Of a DNA stretch of 64,000 nt, positions 36,460-46,761 are shown one piece after another. Under the pieces are notes generated by a model that saw only the letters and a program-made list of their open reading frames with translations, was not told where the DNA came from and searched no databases. Position 1 is the first letter of the stretch. Every line of letters starts with the position of its first letter. The stretch is from a virus (taxonomy: Duplodnaviria > Caudoviricetes): positions 1,940-65,939 of IMG/VR virus record IMGVR_UViG_2540341035_000003. One strand, written 5' to 3'. A program made the position numbers and the translations under genes.

Positions 36460-36822
36460 ATGCTCGACTGGATCGGCCGAGGCCGCCGCATTGAGCGCAA
36501 GCTCGACGCTCTGCTGAGGTTGAGCATCACTCACGACCGGGAGACAGCCATGGCCCAGCAGACGTTGCAGGATCTCATCGACCAGGTGCACGCCAACACC
36601 GCCGTGGAGGCCGCCGCCGCCGCCGCGATCACCGGGCTGATCGGCCGTCTCGAGCAGGCCAACTCCATCGGCGACGGCGCGCAGTTCGCCTCGATCATCG
36701 CCGAGATGAAGGCCGCGGCCTCGACCCTCGCTGCCGCGATCCCGGCCAACACCGCCGTCGCGCAGGATCCGGCGCCGGCTGAGACCGAGCAGCAGACCGG
36801 CGACCAGGGCGCGCAGCAGTAA
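36460..36822 (+). CDS. Ala-rich coiled-coil hypothetical protein
   Basis: ATG at 36460 (alternative start at MAQQ with GGAG SD). Confidence 0.6.
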   Translation: MLDWIGRGRRIERKLDALLRLSITHDRETAMAQQTLQDLIDQVHANTAVEAAAAAAITGLIGRLEQANSIGDGAQFASIIAEMKAAASTLAAAIPANTAVAQDPAPAETEQQTGDQGAQQ

Positions 36823-36983
36823 TCCAGATCAGCGCGAGCGTCGGGCCGGCGCGCCTGGGAAGCGTCCGATCCGCCAGCGCTGAATGATCAGAGGCCGCCA
36901 TGTGCCCTCGGCCGGTAGAGAGCAATCACCCGGCGGGGTGAGCGCTGGGCTGGAACGCCTGGCACCCAAATGCAGAGGCTGCC

Positions 36984-37157
36984 ATGAACACCAGTGCATT
37001 CATCCGCCACCTGTCGGACGACATCCGCACCCGCTTCCCGGACAAGTCCGTGTTTTAGGTAGTCGGTGACGTCGAGAAGCTGATCGAGCGCCTAGTGCAG
37101 GCGGCCGGCACCGCGCCGCAGGCTGAAGCCACAGCGCGGACATCCGCTTCAGAGTGA
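36984..37157 (+). pseudogene. 57-codon ORF interrupted by an in-frame TAG at codon 25
   Basis: GAGG SD; MNTSAFIRHLSDDIRTRFPDKSVF*VVGDVEKLIERLVQAAG...; TAG at 37056. Confidence 0.4.
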
Positions 37158-37216
37158 TCGTCTGTCGATCGCACCTAAGGCAAGGCTGGCGCAGCGTTTA
37201 ATTGCTTAATTGCCTA

Positions 37217-38029
37217 TTATTTGTATTTTTGCGCCAATTCGTTGTATTTCATCGACACGAGAAGTTTATCCTCGTCAATACTGATGTTCGACGCTGCCCG
37301 AACGCCAATTGCGCCCGGCATCTTGATTAGACCGCAGCTTAAGTCGCTCGGGTCCAGATCTGTCACGATTACTCGGGAAGAACATAAACCACCCACGGTC
37401 GCGATATTATATGTGCGGCTTATATATGCTTCTACCATGAATTGGCTGTCGTCTGGCGTCGGGTCGGATGAGTAACCCGCTGCCCGAGCTTTTGCGGCGG
37501 ACTGAGCCCCTGCATCGTTCGCCAGAATCAGCGACGTAAACCTAGAAGCATCGCAAGTCCCACCTCCGGATTTCCCGCACTCGCGGATCAGTTGAATCAA
37601 CCGCATATTCTCGGGATTGAGGTCCGCATCTTTAGCGGCTTTCTGCAATTTCACGAGCTCAACGGTCTCGGCGTTGATCAGCTTCCGATTCCGCAGGGCT
37701 TCCAAATTCTGAGAGACCGCAGCTTCGAGGTTAGAGAATAACGCCGATGACAAAGCGTCTTTTGTCACAATCGCCCTGTTGAGTGTCTTTTCAAAACTAT
37801 ATCCAACGTCGCTTTCGATTGCGAATTTGTAGGTATTGACAATATTTTCTGCTGCAGTGCTGTCAGCAGATCCTGCTGTCCGAGCCCGCTTTTCGAAAGC
37901 GTTGAAGAATTTTTCCACCGTGACCTGGTCGAGGGGCATCGCCTTGTCCTCGGCGCCCCACCACGCGATTGAGGTTACGGCGAGTGCGCATAAAGTTTTG
38001 GCTATCGAAAGCGACATAAAAGACTCCAA
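37217..38029 (-). CDS. Low-GC hypothetical protein (antisense moron); start uncertain
   Basis: 270 aa; either a signal-like N-terminus or an internal start MPLDQ with GAGG SD. Confidence 0.72.
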   Translation of the reverse strand: MESFMSLSIAKTLCALAVTSIAWWGAEDKAMPLDQVTVEKFFNAFEKRARTAGSADSTAAENIVNTYKFAIESDVGYSFEKTLNRAIVTKDALSSALFSNLEAAVSQNLEALRNRKLINAETVELVKLQKAAKDADLNPENMRLIQLIRECGKSGGGTCDASRFTSLILANDAGAQSAAKARAAGYSSDPTPDDSQFMVEAYISRTYNIATVGGLCSSRVIVTDLDPSDLSCGLIKMPGAIGVRAASNISIDEDKLLVSMKYNELAQKYK

Positions 38030-38374
38030 TACTGACTGCGCTTATCATTCGACTGGGTAGAAACTTTGCTATAAGAGACAGAAGCTTTCCAAACAGACAG
38101 AGCCAGTTCTGCTGGCGCACTATTCGAACCTCCACCTAGAATGCTTAATCAATGCAAACCCCTGCGCTCCTATTCGCAGCTTAACTTGATGATGCAACTT
38201 GAGCGTCGCAGCAATCACCGAAAGTGACCTCTGATCACGCGACCGTGAGGTGTGGCGTCGCTGCAACCACTGGGCGAAGCCGCCCAAGAGGGGGGGCGAC
38301 CCTCCTTCTCGGCCCTTCGACTTCCACCCTCCCGCCCTGCGCGGGTGAACACACCCCCACCGCACGAGGTGCCC

Positions 38375-38641
38375 ATGTCGATCCTGATGTCCTCGGACAA
38401 CCCGACCGGCGCGAAGCTGGAAGAGCACCTGGCCCAGCTGATCGCCGAGATCGAGGCCAAGTGCCGGAAGATCGAGGGGGACCAGCGGTCTGAGGCGCAG
38501 ACGGTGCTGCACAACAACCGTGAGATCATCGGCCATCTGAAGCTGGCGCTCCGTCATCAGGAGCACAGCCAGGCCGTGCTGGCAGCCATGGCCCCGGATC
38601 AGGGCCCCACAGGCAAGCCCCGCATTGGCGTAGGCTCCTGA
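38375..38641 (+). CDS. Hypothetical phage protein
   Basis: GAGG SD; GAKLEEHLAQLIAEIEAK. Confidence 0.65.
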   Translation: MSILMSSDNPTGAKLEEHLAQLIAEIEAKCRKIEGDQRSEAQTVLHNNREIIGHLKLALRHQEHSQAVLAAMAPDQGPTGKPRIGVGS

Positions 38642-38812
38642 GCCCGGGGCACGCCCCATGCCCACCCACGGCCCCCGTAAGCGATCCTGCGCGGTGATCA
38701 GATTGAACCGACCAGCCAGCAAGGGGTGGGGGGTGTCGATTAATCGATCCGGGCTTTCGGTTCAGGGGCGGATGCCAAACCGATTCTCGCGGACCAAAAT
38801 CGAAAAAATCTG

Positions 38813-39217
38813 ATGCCGCAGATCTTCCGAGCTCGGAATGGCGGGCGTCAGCCGACGCGACAGCGGGGCGCTCCGAGGACGCCGTATCGCGAGCGTGGGT
38901 ACGATGCGCGGTGGGATCGGCGATCGAAGGCCTTTCGGCGCGAGCAGCCGTTCTGCCAGCGCTGCGAGGAGATCGGCCGGACGGTCCTCGGCACGGTAGT
39001 CGACCACAAGATGCCGGTGGCGGATGGCGGCGCGGTGCATTGCCCGGATGCCGGGCTGTGGACGCTCTGCCAGGCCTGCCACGGCTGGAAGGGTGAATTG
39101 GAGGCGGTGGCGCGGCGGACCGACCAGATGCACCTGATCGTGCGCTGGTGCGATGATCCGAGCGCCCGGCCGGTCATTCGCGGCGAGGTTCGGTATGGGG
39201 GCGGCTCGGAAGGCTGA
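38813..39217 (+). CDS. Terminase-associated HNH endonuclease
   Basis: RGYDARW, QPFCQRC, VVDH..P..GG, LCQACH; directly upstream of terS. Confidence 0.9.
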   Translation: MPQIFRARNGGRQPTRQRGAPRTPYRERGYDARWDRRSKAFRREQPFCQRCEEIGRTVLGTVVDHKMPVADGGAVHCPDAGLWTLCQACHGWKGELEAVARRTDQMHLIVRWCDDPSARPVIRGEVRYGGGSEG

Positions 39218-39590
39218 TGCCGGGCCCGCGCAGGTCGGCGGTGGTGATCCCCGCGTGGTTGCGCATCCGGCGTTCCGCGAGATCCCGCGGTCCCTGTTCC
39301 CGCTGACCAGCGCAGAGGCGCAGGCGGAATACGATGCACTCGCCCGGCTGCTGTTCGATGCGGGGCGGTTCACCGCCAACGCGCATCGCAGCCTGTCCAG
39401 CTACGCGATGCAGTTCGACACGATCACGCGGGCGGCCGCGAGCGGCAAGCAGGTGCGGGGCTCTTGGTTCGCGCAGCTGGACAAGGCCCGGAAGGAATTG
39501 GGGCTCGATGACCTCGACAGGCCGATCGCGGCCCCTCAAGGGGCGCGGGTCAACCGGTACGCGCGAACGGGTTTCGCGAACCGCCGCTGA
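39195..39590 (+). CDS. terS: Terminase small subunit
   Basis: Position; LTSAEAQAEYDALARLL..G..SLSSY resembles the P27-family pattern. Confidence 0.7.
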   Translation: MGAARKADAGPAQVGGGDPRVVAHPAFREIPRSLFPLTSAEAQAEYDALARLLFDAGRFTANAHRSLSSYAMQFDTITRAAASGKQVRGSWFAQLDKARKELGLDDLDRPIAAPQGARVNRYARTGFANRR

Positions 39591-39630
39591 CCAGCGCTTC
39601 AAGCCGGTCGAGATCGAGATCGACGGCGCG

Positions 39631-41364
39631 ATGCAGGCCTTCCCGGACTACGTCGGGATGGCCGTCTGGTATTGCGAGGAGGTGGCGGCAGGGCGCGTGC
39701 CGGCATGCGATGAGGAGCGGCAGGGCTGCCAGCGCTTCCTCGATATGCGCGCCCAGGCGCTGACCGGCCGGGCCGATTACGTCTGGTCGGACGCCCACGT
39801 GATCGACGTGTGCGACTTCGTCGGTAAGCTCCCGCACGTGAAGGCCTTCACCGGCCCGATCGTCCTTGAGCCGGTGCAGTGCTGGTATCTCGCCGGCATC
39901 TTCGGGTTCCGGGAGAAGGCCACGGGGCTGCGGTGGACTCGCACCGTGCGGGTGTGGATCCCGCGCAAGAACGCGAAGACGACGCTCTCGGCTGGGGTGG
40001 TGCTGTACTGCGCCAACTTCGAGGGCGAGGCCGGAGCCGACGTGGTGGTCTCGGCCGCCTCGGAGGACCAGGCCCGGATCCCCTACGACGTCATCCGCAA
40101 GATGCTCGGCAAGGACGAGGATCTGCGGGAGATGACCGGGGCCGTCGACATCAAGGACGGGTGCGAGTTCACGGTCTCGGGCGGCACGATCAAGCTGGCG
40201 CACGCCCGGGCGAAGAACCTCGACGGCTTCAACCCGCACGTCCTTCTGCAGGAGGAGCTGCACGCCCAGGACCAGGGCGTCATCGGCGTGCTGAAGACGG
40301 CGCAGGGGTCCCGCCAGGCGCCGCTCGATCTCGGCATCTCTACGGCGGGCCGCGATGTGAACGCGCCGGCCTACGACGATTGGAAGGTGTGCCGGCAGGT
40401 GCTCGCCGGTCGGCTCAGCGCGCCGCGCATGTTCATCGCGATGTACGCGGGCTCGGAGGTGGACCGGGATCGGTGCTTCGACCCCGCCACCGTCGAGAAG
40501 CTCAACCCGATGTGGGGCGTCTCGCTGAACCCCACCTCGATCGAGGAAGAGGCGTTCGAGGGCCGCAAGTCGGAATCGAAGCGGCAGGAGTATCTGAGGA
40601 CCCGGATCAACTTCTGGTCCCGGGCGGCCGGCAACCTCGTCTCGCTGGAGGCGTGGGAGCGCTGCGCGGATCCGAAGCTGAAGCTCGACGTGTTGAAGGG
40701 CTTCCCGCTCTACGTCGGAATCGACCTCGCGAGCCGCTCGGATCTGAACGCGGCGGCCTACATGGTGAAGGCCGGGGACCGGGTCTATTCGACCGCCGAT
40801 TACTGGCTGCCCGCGAAGTGCGATCGCCTGAAGGATGACCGCTTCGCCGATGCGTTCTTGGCCTGGCATCGCCAGGGATGGCTGCAGCTGACGCCCGGGT
40901 CGTTCATCGATTACCGGGTGATCCTGAAGCAGATCCTTGCGACGCTGGACGGGCACAATGTCGTCGGGGTCGGCCTCGACGACTACCAGGCCAACCTGAT
41001 GGCCTCGGAGATCGAGGCGGCCGGCTACCGGGTCTTCATCATCCAGAAGAACGCCCGGAACCTGACAGCGGCCACCGACGACCTCGTGGCCCGGACCGCG
41101 GATCCAGAACTGTTCCAGCACGATGGCAACCCGGTCACCGCGTGGTGCGCCGGCAACGTGGTCGGCCATTACGACCAGAACGCCAACGTGCTGCCGAAGA
41201 AAGAGAAGCCCTGGTCGAAGGCCAACATCGACGGCTTCGACGCCCTGGTGGAGGCCAACGCGCTGCGCGTCGATCACGAGGCCGGCCAGCTCGGCTCAAC
41301 CGCCAAGCGCGCCCCTGATGCGAACCCGTACCTGACGCGCGGCCTCGCCGGAGCATCTGCCTGA
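39631..41364 (+). CDS. terL: Terminase large subunit
   Basis: LEPVQ, IPRKNAKT Walker A, QEELHA Walker B variant, ISTAG coupling motif, YVGIDLASRSD and IDGFDA nuclease motifs; start approximate. Confidence 0.93.
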   Translation: MQAFPDYVGMAVWYCEEVAAGRVPACDEERQGCQRFLDMRAQALTGRADYVWSDAHVIDVCDFVGKLPHVKAFTGPIVLEPVQCWYLAGIFGFREKATGLRWTRTVRVWIPRKNAKTTLSAGVVLYCANFEGEAGADVVVSAASEDQARIPYDVIRKMLGKDEDLREMTGAVDIKDGCEFTVSGGTIKLAHARAKNLDGFNPHVLLQEELHAQDQGVIGVLKTAQGSRQAPLDLGISTAGRDVNAPAYDDWKVCRQVLAGRLSAPRMFIAMYAGSEVDRDRCFDPATVEKLNPMWGVSLNPTSIEEEAFEGRKSESKRQEYLRTRINFWSRAAGNLVSLEAWERCADPKLKLDVLKGFPLYVGIDLASRSDLNAAAYMVKAGDRVYSTADYWLPAKCDRLKDDRFADAFLAWHRQGWLQLTPGSFIDYRVILKQILATLDGHNVVGVGLDDYQANLMASEIEAAGYRVFIIQKNARNLTAATDDLVARTADPELFQHDGNPVTAWCAGNVVGHYDQNANVLPKKEKPWSKANIDGFDALVEANALRVDHEAGQLGSTAKRAPDANPYLTRGLAGASA

Positions 41365-42797
41365 TGAGCCAGACCGAAGCCGAGAAGTCCGAGACCCTGG
41401 CCAAGGCCGCGGGCGATGTGCCGGGCCCGCTCACCACCACGGATTCGGCCGGCTGGGATCAGTTCGAGTTCGGCTGGAACGACATCAGCGACTTCGTTGG
41501 GCTGGGCAGCCGGACGGCGCGCGGCGGCTTCCTGGGGCGCGATGCCGTCGGCATGGGGCTGGCTATCCAGTGCGCGGACCGGAAGGCGCAGGACATCGCC
41601 AAGGCCGAGATGCTGCTGTGGAAGCGCAAGGGCCGCGGCTGGACGATGGTCGAGCACAACCAGCATCCGGTCGCCCGGCTGCTGATGACCCGGCCGAACG
41701 AGCAGCACACCTGGACCGAGTTCTGGCGCATGATGATCATGCACTACGAGCTCGCCCAGAATGCCTACGCGCTGAAGCGCATCGCCACCGACGGCACGGT
41801 GCTCGAGCTGATCCCGATCTTGCCTGCGCGGTGCCGGGCGCGGATCGCCTACCCCAGCGGCAAGCTGTTCTACGAGATCTTCGCCGGCACGGAATACGAG
41901 CGGTCCGTCCTCGGCGACACGTACATGATCGTGCCGGCCGATCGCATGATCCACCTGCGCGGGCGGCTCTGGGATGGGCTCTACGGTCTGTCGAGCCTCG
42001 CCCTGGGCTCGCCCATCTTCGACCTAGTCTCGGCGATCTCCGAGTATCAGACCAACATCTTCGGCAACGACGGCAAGCAGCCGATCGTCTTCGAGACCGC
42101 CAAGGACTTCGGCGATGGCGCGCTGGCGGATGCCGCCTTCCGCCGGCTGAAGCAGCAGCTCACGGACCGGACCCGGAAGGCCAGCGCCAACGGTGACCCG
42201 ATCCTGCTGGAAGCCGGACTGCAGGCCAAGGTGATCGCGCTGAACGCCCGCGACGGCCAGACCACGGAGAGTTTCAACCAGCAGGTCATGCGGATCTGCG
42301 GCCTGATGAACATGCCGCCGCATAAGATCTTCGCGCTGGAGGCGGTCGCCTACAACAACATGGCGGCGATGAACCGCCAGTATTACAGCGACTGCCTGCA
42401 TCCGACGGCGCACGGCATCCAGGAGAAGTTCCGGAACGCGCTGTTCCCGATGGACGACTGGCCGATCTTCGGCCCGCAGTTCGACCAGGTCGCGCTCATG
42501 GCGACCGATCTGGATGCGCTCTCGAAGCTCGTCGACACGGCCATGAAGGACGGCCTGATGACTTTCGACGAGGCGCGCGAGGTCCTGCCGTTCCGGCTGA
42601 ACCCGCTCGCCGGTGGCGGCGACCAGCGCATGGTCCCGGTGACCATGAGCCTGATCGGCCCGGACGGCGCGGTGATCCAGGCCGGCACCGGCCAGAACGC
42701 CACCCAGCCGGGCGCTGGCCAGAACGAGAGCCCCGACAACAACGCGGGCAAGGGCGCCGGTCTGCGCCTCGCCTACGACGCAGCAGGAGCAGCCTGA
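41364..42797 (+). CDS. HK97-family portal protein
   Basis: PNEQHTWTEFW, GNAY-like QNAYA, MIHLR, GLYGLS, ICGLMNMPP, TFDEAR. Confidence 0.93.
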   Translation: MSQTEAEKSETLAKAAGDVPGPLTTTDSAGWDQFEFGWNDISDFVGLGSRTARGGFLGRDAVGMGLAIQCADRKAQDIAKAEMLLWKRKGRGWTMVEHNQHPVARLLMTRPNEQHTWTEFWRMMIMHYELAQNAYALKRIATDGTVLELIPILPARCRARIAYPSGKLFYEIFAGTEYERSVLGDTYMIVPADRMIHLRGRLWDGLYGLSSLALGSPIFDLVSAISEYQTNIFGNDGKQPIVFETAKDFGDGALADAAFRRLKQQLTDRTRKASANGDPILLEAGLQAKVIALNARDGQTTESFNQQVMRICGLMNMPPHKIFALEAVAYNNMAAMNRQYYSDCLHPTAHGIQEKFRNALFPMDDWPIFGPQFDQVALMATDLDALSKLVDTAMKDGLMTFDEAREVLPFRLNPLAGGGDQRMVPVTMSLIGPDGAVIQAGTGQNATQPGAGQNESPDNNAGKGAGLRLAYDAAGAA

Positions 42798-43858
42798 TGG
42801 CCTCGGAGCGTGTCTCGATCGACGAATACCTCGGCTCGCGCGGCTACGGCGGCGTGGAGCGCAAGCACTTCGCCCGGGATTCTGGCGTGATCATCAAGGC
42901 GGCCCGCGTCCTCGAGAAGGCCCCGAAGTTCGACAAGGACGCGGGGACGATGCGCTTCGTCATGTCGGCGGAGATCGAGGATCGTGACCGCGACATCGTC
43001 GTGCAGGCCGGCCTGAACACCACCGAGTTCGAGAAGAACCCGGTCGCGCCTTGGTCGCACCGCGCCGGCGACCCACCGGTGGGCACGTGGTCGGACCTAG
43101 AGAAGACCCTCACCGGGCGGCCGAAGCGCACCGAGGGCACGCTCACCCTGGTGAAGGGCGAGCCTATGGCCGATCGCCTGGCCGTGCACTTCGAGGCCGG
43201 CAGCGTGCGCGCCTGCTCCATCGGCTTCATGCCCACCTCGATCGAGCGCCGTGAGGTGCCGGAGGATCAGCAGGGCAGCTACTTCTATCCGGGCTACATG
43301 ATCCACGAGGCCGAGCTCTACGAATGCTCGCCGTGCACCGTCCCGGCCAACCCCGCCGCGCTGGCCAAGGCCGCGGCCGCGGGCGACGTCATGGCCCGGG
43401 AGATGATCGAGGAGGTGCTCGACACCTGGTCGATCGAGAAGGGCCTGATCGTGCCGCGCAAGGCGTTCGAGGACGCGCGCCGCGGCGCCGGGCCGACCAA
43501 GAGCACCATCGTGTTCGACGGCAAGACGTTCGAGGTGAAGGCCGGCGAGGACGGCGCGCCCGTGCTCGAGCCGGTGAAGCCGTCGAAGGCCGAGCGCGTG
43601 GTCGAGGCGATCGAGAAGGACGAGAGCCTCCTCGGTCGGGTCGCCAAAGCCCTCGGCTTGAAGGGCAAGACCGAGGCGGCGGATCCGAAGCCGGAAGAGG
43701 ACGGCGAGAAGCCCGCGCCCGAGCCGACCCCTGAGCAGAAGGCGGCCGCCGGCATGGCAGCTGACCTGCCGGCGCTGATCGCCAAGCACGAGATCATCGA
43801 GGCCGACGCCCGCATGGCCGTCCTCGACACCGAGATGGGGCAGCACGTCCCCGCGTAA
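42797..43858 (+). CDS. HK97-type prohead protease with C-terminal extension
   Basis: DRDRDIV, NPVAPWSH..PVG, CSIGF, ELYECSPCTVPANPAA. Confidence 0.9.
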   Translation: MASERVSIDEYLGSRGYGGVERKHFARDSGVIIKAARVLEKAPKFDKDAGTMRFVMSAEIEDRDRDIVVQAGLNTTEFEKNPVAPWSHRAGDPPVGTWSDLEKTLTGRPKRTEGTLTLVKGEPMADRLAVHFEAGSVRACSIGFMPTSIERREVPEDQQGSYFYPGYMIHEAELYECSPCTVPANPAALAKAAAAGDVMAREMIEEVLDTWSIEKGLIVPRKAFEDARRGAGPTKSTIVFDGKTFEVKAGEDGAPVLEPVKPSKAERVVEAIEKDESLLGRVAKALGLKGKTEAADPKPEEDGEKPAPEPTPEQKAAAGMAADLPALIAKHEIIEADARMAVLDTEMGQHVPA

Positions 43859-43926
43859 TCCGCCCGCAGATAGCCGAGGCGGCAACCCGGTGGCGACCTG
43901 CGGGCGCGGCCACCTTTCCCAGGAGA

Positions 43927-45357
43927 GTGACGATGACCCTCGCTGAACTTCGCGAGAAGCTGAAGGCTGCCCGCGAGGCGGCCACCGCCGCCCGTGCGAA
44001 GGCCGTTGCCGACAACGCCACCGATGCCGACCGTACCGCCTACAAGGACGCGCTGACCGCAGCCGAGAAGGCGCTGGACATGGTCAAGGATGCCGAGCGG
44101 CAGGAGGCTCTCGACGCCTCCACCACCCGCTCAGCATCCGCCGCCGCTGGCACCGAGGTGCTGGAGCGGACCGCCGCCAACGATGGCCGCTTCGCCTTCG
44201 CCCAGCCGGCCGAGAAGATGAGCGTCCTTGACGAGGCCACGCTCATGGCCGCCGCCTCCGCCAAGAGCCGCGCCTTTCTCCAGGCCGGCATCGCCAAGTC
44301 GCCGATCGAGATCCTCGGCGAGGAGGGCTACGAGCGCTTCGTGAAGGACCTGAAGGACCGGGCCTCGGCGAACGCCGCCCGCCGGCGCGAGAAGACCAAC
44401 ACCACCCTGACCTCGCAGGACGGCGGCATCCTGCTGCCGACCCCGAACGCCAACACCATCATCGAGCTGCTGCGCGGCGAGAACACGTTCCTGGCGGCGA
44501 ACCCGCGGCGCGTGCCTCTCATCGGCGGCCAGTTCAACCAGCCGCGCGGCGCGACCTCGTCCACCGCCGGCTACGTCGGCGAGGGCATGAAGAAGCCGGT
44601 CGGGTCGCCGACCTTCAACGGCATCTCCATGCGGTCGAAGAAGATCGCCGGCATCGTCATGGTGACGATGGAAGCGCTCAAGTGGTCGCTGCCCGACCTG
44701 CAGGCCTACATCCGTGACGACCTGCGCCGCACCCTGGCGCAGAACATGGACCTCGCCTGCTACTTCGGGGCCGGCTCGAACTACACCCCGCTCGGCATCC
44801 TCAATCGGCCGAACGTCAACGCCTTCGACGCCTCGGCCACCGGCGCGGCCGCGCTGTTCGCCAACCCGAAGGCGCCGACGGTGGCCGAGCTCGACCGGGT
44901 CGCCACCCGGATGATCCTGGCGATCACCGACGCCAACATCCCGGCGACCAATCGCTTCGCCTGGACGATGAACTACCACCTGATGCGCTACCTGGCGGAC
45001 GCCCGGGGCGCCAACGGGCAGTACATCTACCCGGAGCTGAACAGCGACACCCCGACCTGGAAGGGCTTCCGGGTGCTGGTAACCACGCAGTTCCCCTCGA
45101 ACGGCGGCGCCACCACCGACGAGTCCACCCTGGCGCTCGTCGACTGGAGCAACGTGCTCTACGGCGACGAGGAGGACATCACCGTCCGCACCTCGATAGA
45201 AGCCACCATCGACCCCGGCACCGGCTCGCTCGTCCACCTGTTCCAGCAGAACATGATGGCCGTGCTGATGGAGGCCCAGCACGACATCGCCCTGAACTAC
45301 GACCAGGCGGTATCCGTCCTCCGTCACGCCCGCTGGGGCTCGCTGTCCGCCACCTGA
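43927..45357 (+). CDS. HK97-fold major capsid protein
   Basis: N-terminal coiled-coil delta domain, DGGILLP, YVGEG..KP, PLGILN, DWS..YGD, NMMAVL. Confidence 0.93.
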   Translation: MTMTLAELREKLKAAREAATAARAKAVADNATDADRTAYKDALTAAEKALDMVKDAERQEALDASTTRSASAAAGTEVLERTAANDGRFAFAQPAEKMSVLDEATLMAAASAKSRAFLQAGIAKSPIEILGEEGYERFVKDLKDRASANAARRREKTNTTLTSQDGGILLPTPNANTIIELLRGENTFLAANPRRVPLIGGQFNQPRGATSSTAGYVGEGMKKPVGSPTFNGISMRSKKIAGIVMVTMEALKWSLPDLQAYIRDDLRRTLAQNMDLACYFGAGSNYTPLGILNRPNVNAFDASATGAAALFANPKAPTVAELDRVATRMILAITDANIPATNRFAWTMNYHLMRYLADARGANGQYIYPELNSDTPTWKGFRVLVTTQFPSNGGATTDESTLALVDWSNVLYGDEEDITVRTSIEATIDPGTGSLVHLFQQNMMAVLMEAQHDIALNYDQAVSVLRHARWGSLSAT

Positions 45358-45373
45358 TCGGGGCGATGATCAT

Positions 45374-45399
45374 GGGCCGCCGGAATGAGCCGGCGGCCC
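45374..45399 (+). terminator. Hairpin after the capsid gene
   Basis: GGGCCGCCGG-N6-CCGGCGGCCC perfect stem; no U tract. Confidence 0.5.
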
Positions 45400-45428
45400 G
45401 CTGAGGTTCAGGATCAAGGACAGCGGAC

Positions 45429-45902
45429 ATGCTGGCGAACAACACGAAGCTCGACCTGCGCCACTACGAGGAGATGGCGCGCAAGAACCACCGCGGCCTC
45501 GTGCCGATGGTCTTCGCCGAGACCACCCTGCCGTATGCCCTCGGCGAAATCGCGGGCTTCAAGCCGGCAGCGGCGAAGAAACTGCACGATGATGGCACCG
45601 CGGTCCCGCACGAGAGCGTCTACCGGTCCGGCTCGCTGCCGGAGAAGGAGGCGGGCGCCGGGCTGGTGAACGAGACTGAGGACGAGACGCGCCGCAGCGC
45701 CGTCGAGATCCCGGCGGACGTGCTGGAGGCCCACGGTCTGAAGCGCATGGCCCTGGCCAAGAAGATCTCCGGGCGGGACCCCGCAACCTGGGACGAGGCC
45801 GACGAGATCATCAAGGCCGAGCAGCAGCGCCGGGATGCCCTGGTCGATGGCACCCGTGGCGCCGTGACCAGCGAGTTCGGCCTGCAGGCGCCGGTCGCGT
45901 GA
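45429..45902 (+). CDS. Hypothetical head-region protein
   Basis: GGA SD; lies between the capsid and connector genes. Confidence 0.7.
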   Translation: MLANNTKLDLRHYEEMARKNHRGLVPMVFAETTLPYALGEIAGFKPAAAKKLHDDGTAVPHESVYRSGSLPEKEAGAGLVNETEDETRRSAVEIPADVLEAHGLKRMALAKKISGRDPATWDEADEIIKAEQQRRDALVDGTRGAVTSEFGLQAPVA

Positions 45903-46063
45903 GCGGCGACGAGAAGGGCGCGCAGCAGGATCGCAGGCCGGCGGACGTCCGCACCGGTCCTGCGGCCGCTGACGCGCTCCGCGATCGCGGGCCGAAGACG
46001 GCCCGGCGGCTGCCCAACAAGATGCTGAACGGCGATGCGCGCCGCGGCTACGAGACCAAGTAG
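45899..46063 (+). CDS. Small basic hypothetical protein (54 aa)
   Basis: GTGA overlap; ends with NKML..GYETK; absent from the ORF track. Confidence 0.5.
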   Translation: MSGDEKGAQQDRRPADVRTGPAAADALRDRGPKTARRLPNKMLNGDARRGYETK

Positions 46064-46069
46064 GCGCCC

Positions 46070-46753
46070 ATGGACCTGCAACGCATCTCCACGCCGCTCA
46101 CGCAGGCGCAGAAGCTCGCGGTCGTCTCCATTGACGCGCTGAAGCTGCACCAGCGTGTCGAGGAGAGCGACGGCGATGCCTTGATCGGTGACCTGATCGA
46201 GGCCGCCTACGATTACCTCTCCGGTCCCGAAGGCTGGCTGAACGGCTACTGCATCCTGGAGGAGAGCTTCGAGCTGTTCGTCGACACCCTCGGCGAACGC
46301 CTCGAACTGCCGATCCGCCGCTTCGTGGATGGCGACCTCGTCAGTGTCGAGCGCGTCGACCTCACCACCGGCCAGTACGAGGACCTCAACGCCGGCCTCT
46401 ACACCGTGGTGCGCGAGGACGACTACGGCGTGATCGTCGGCCTGTCAGGGCTGGCCCTGGGCGAGCGCGAGCGGTTCTGGCGTGGCATGGATTGGAACGC
46501 CTGGGCGGCCCGCTGGACCTCCCCGCCGGCCCGCAAGCCGCGCCTCTACCGGATCAGGTTCGCGGCCGGCGCCAAGTCCGCCGCTCTCGTGCCGAGCCCG
46601 CTGAAACAGGCGATCAAGCTGATCGCGGGCTACTGGTACGAGAAGCGGGAATCCATCGAGAGCGACCCGCGCACGCAGGCGCTGCCCGAGAACCTGACCA
46701 TCGGCATCGGCCGGCTGGCCGGGCGCTACCGCGTCGCCGCCGACCACAGCTGA
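46070..46753 (+). CDS. Head-tail connector (gp6-like)
   Basis: VSIDALKLHQRVE..DALIGDLIEAA, VPSPLKQAIKLIAGYWYEKRE. Confidence 0.88.
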   Translation: MDLQRISTPLTQAQKLAVVSIDALKLHQRVEESDGDALIGDLIEAAYDYLSGPEGWLNGYCILEESFELFVDTLGERLELPIRRFVDGDLVSVERVDLTTGQYEDLNAGLYTVVREDDYGVIVGLSGLALGERERFWRGMDWNAWAARWTSPPARKPRLYRIRFAAGAKSAALVPSPLKQAIKLIAGYWYEKRESIESDPRTQALPENLTIGIGRLAGRYRVAADHS

Positions 46754-46761
46754 GCATCGAC

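Noticed and set aside
40240-40270. Terminase Walker B reads QEELH rather than xDELH, suggesting inactivation
   Set aside because: Conservative D-to-E change with all other motifs and the reading frame intact; not enough to call the prophage defective
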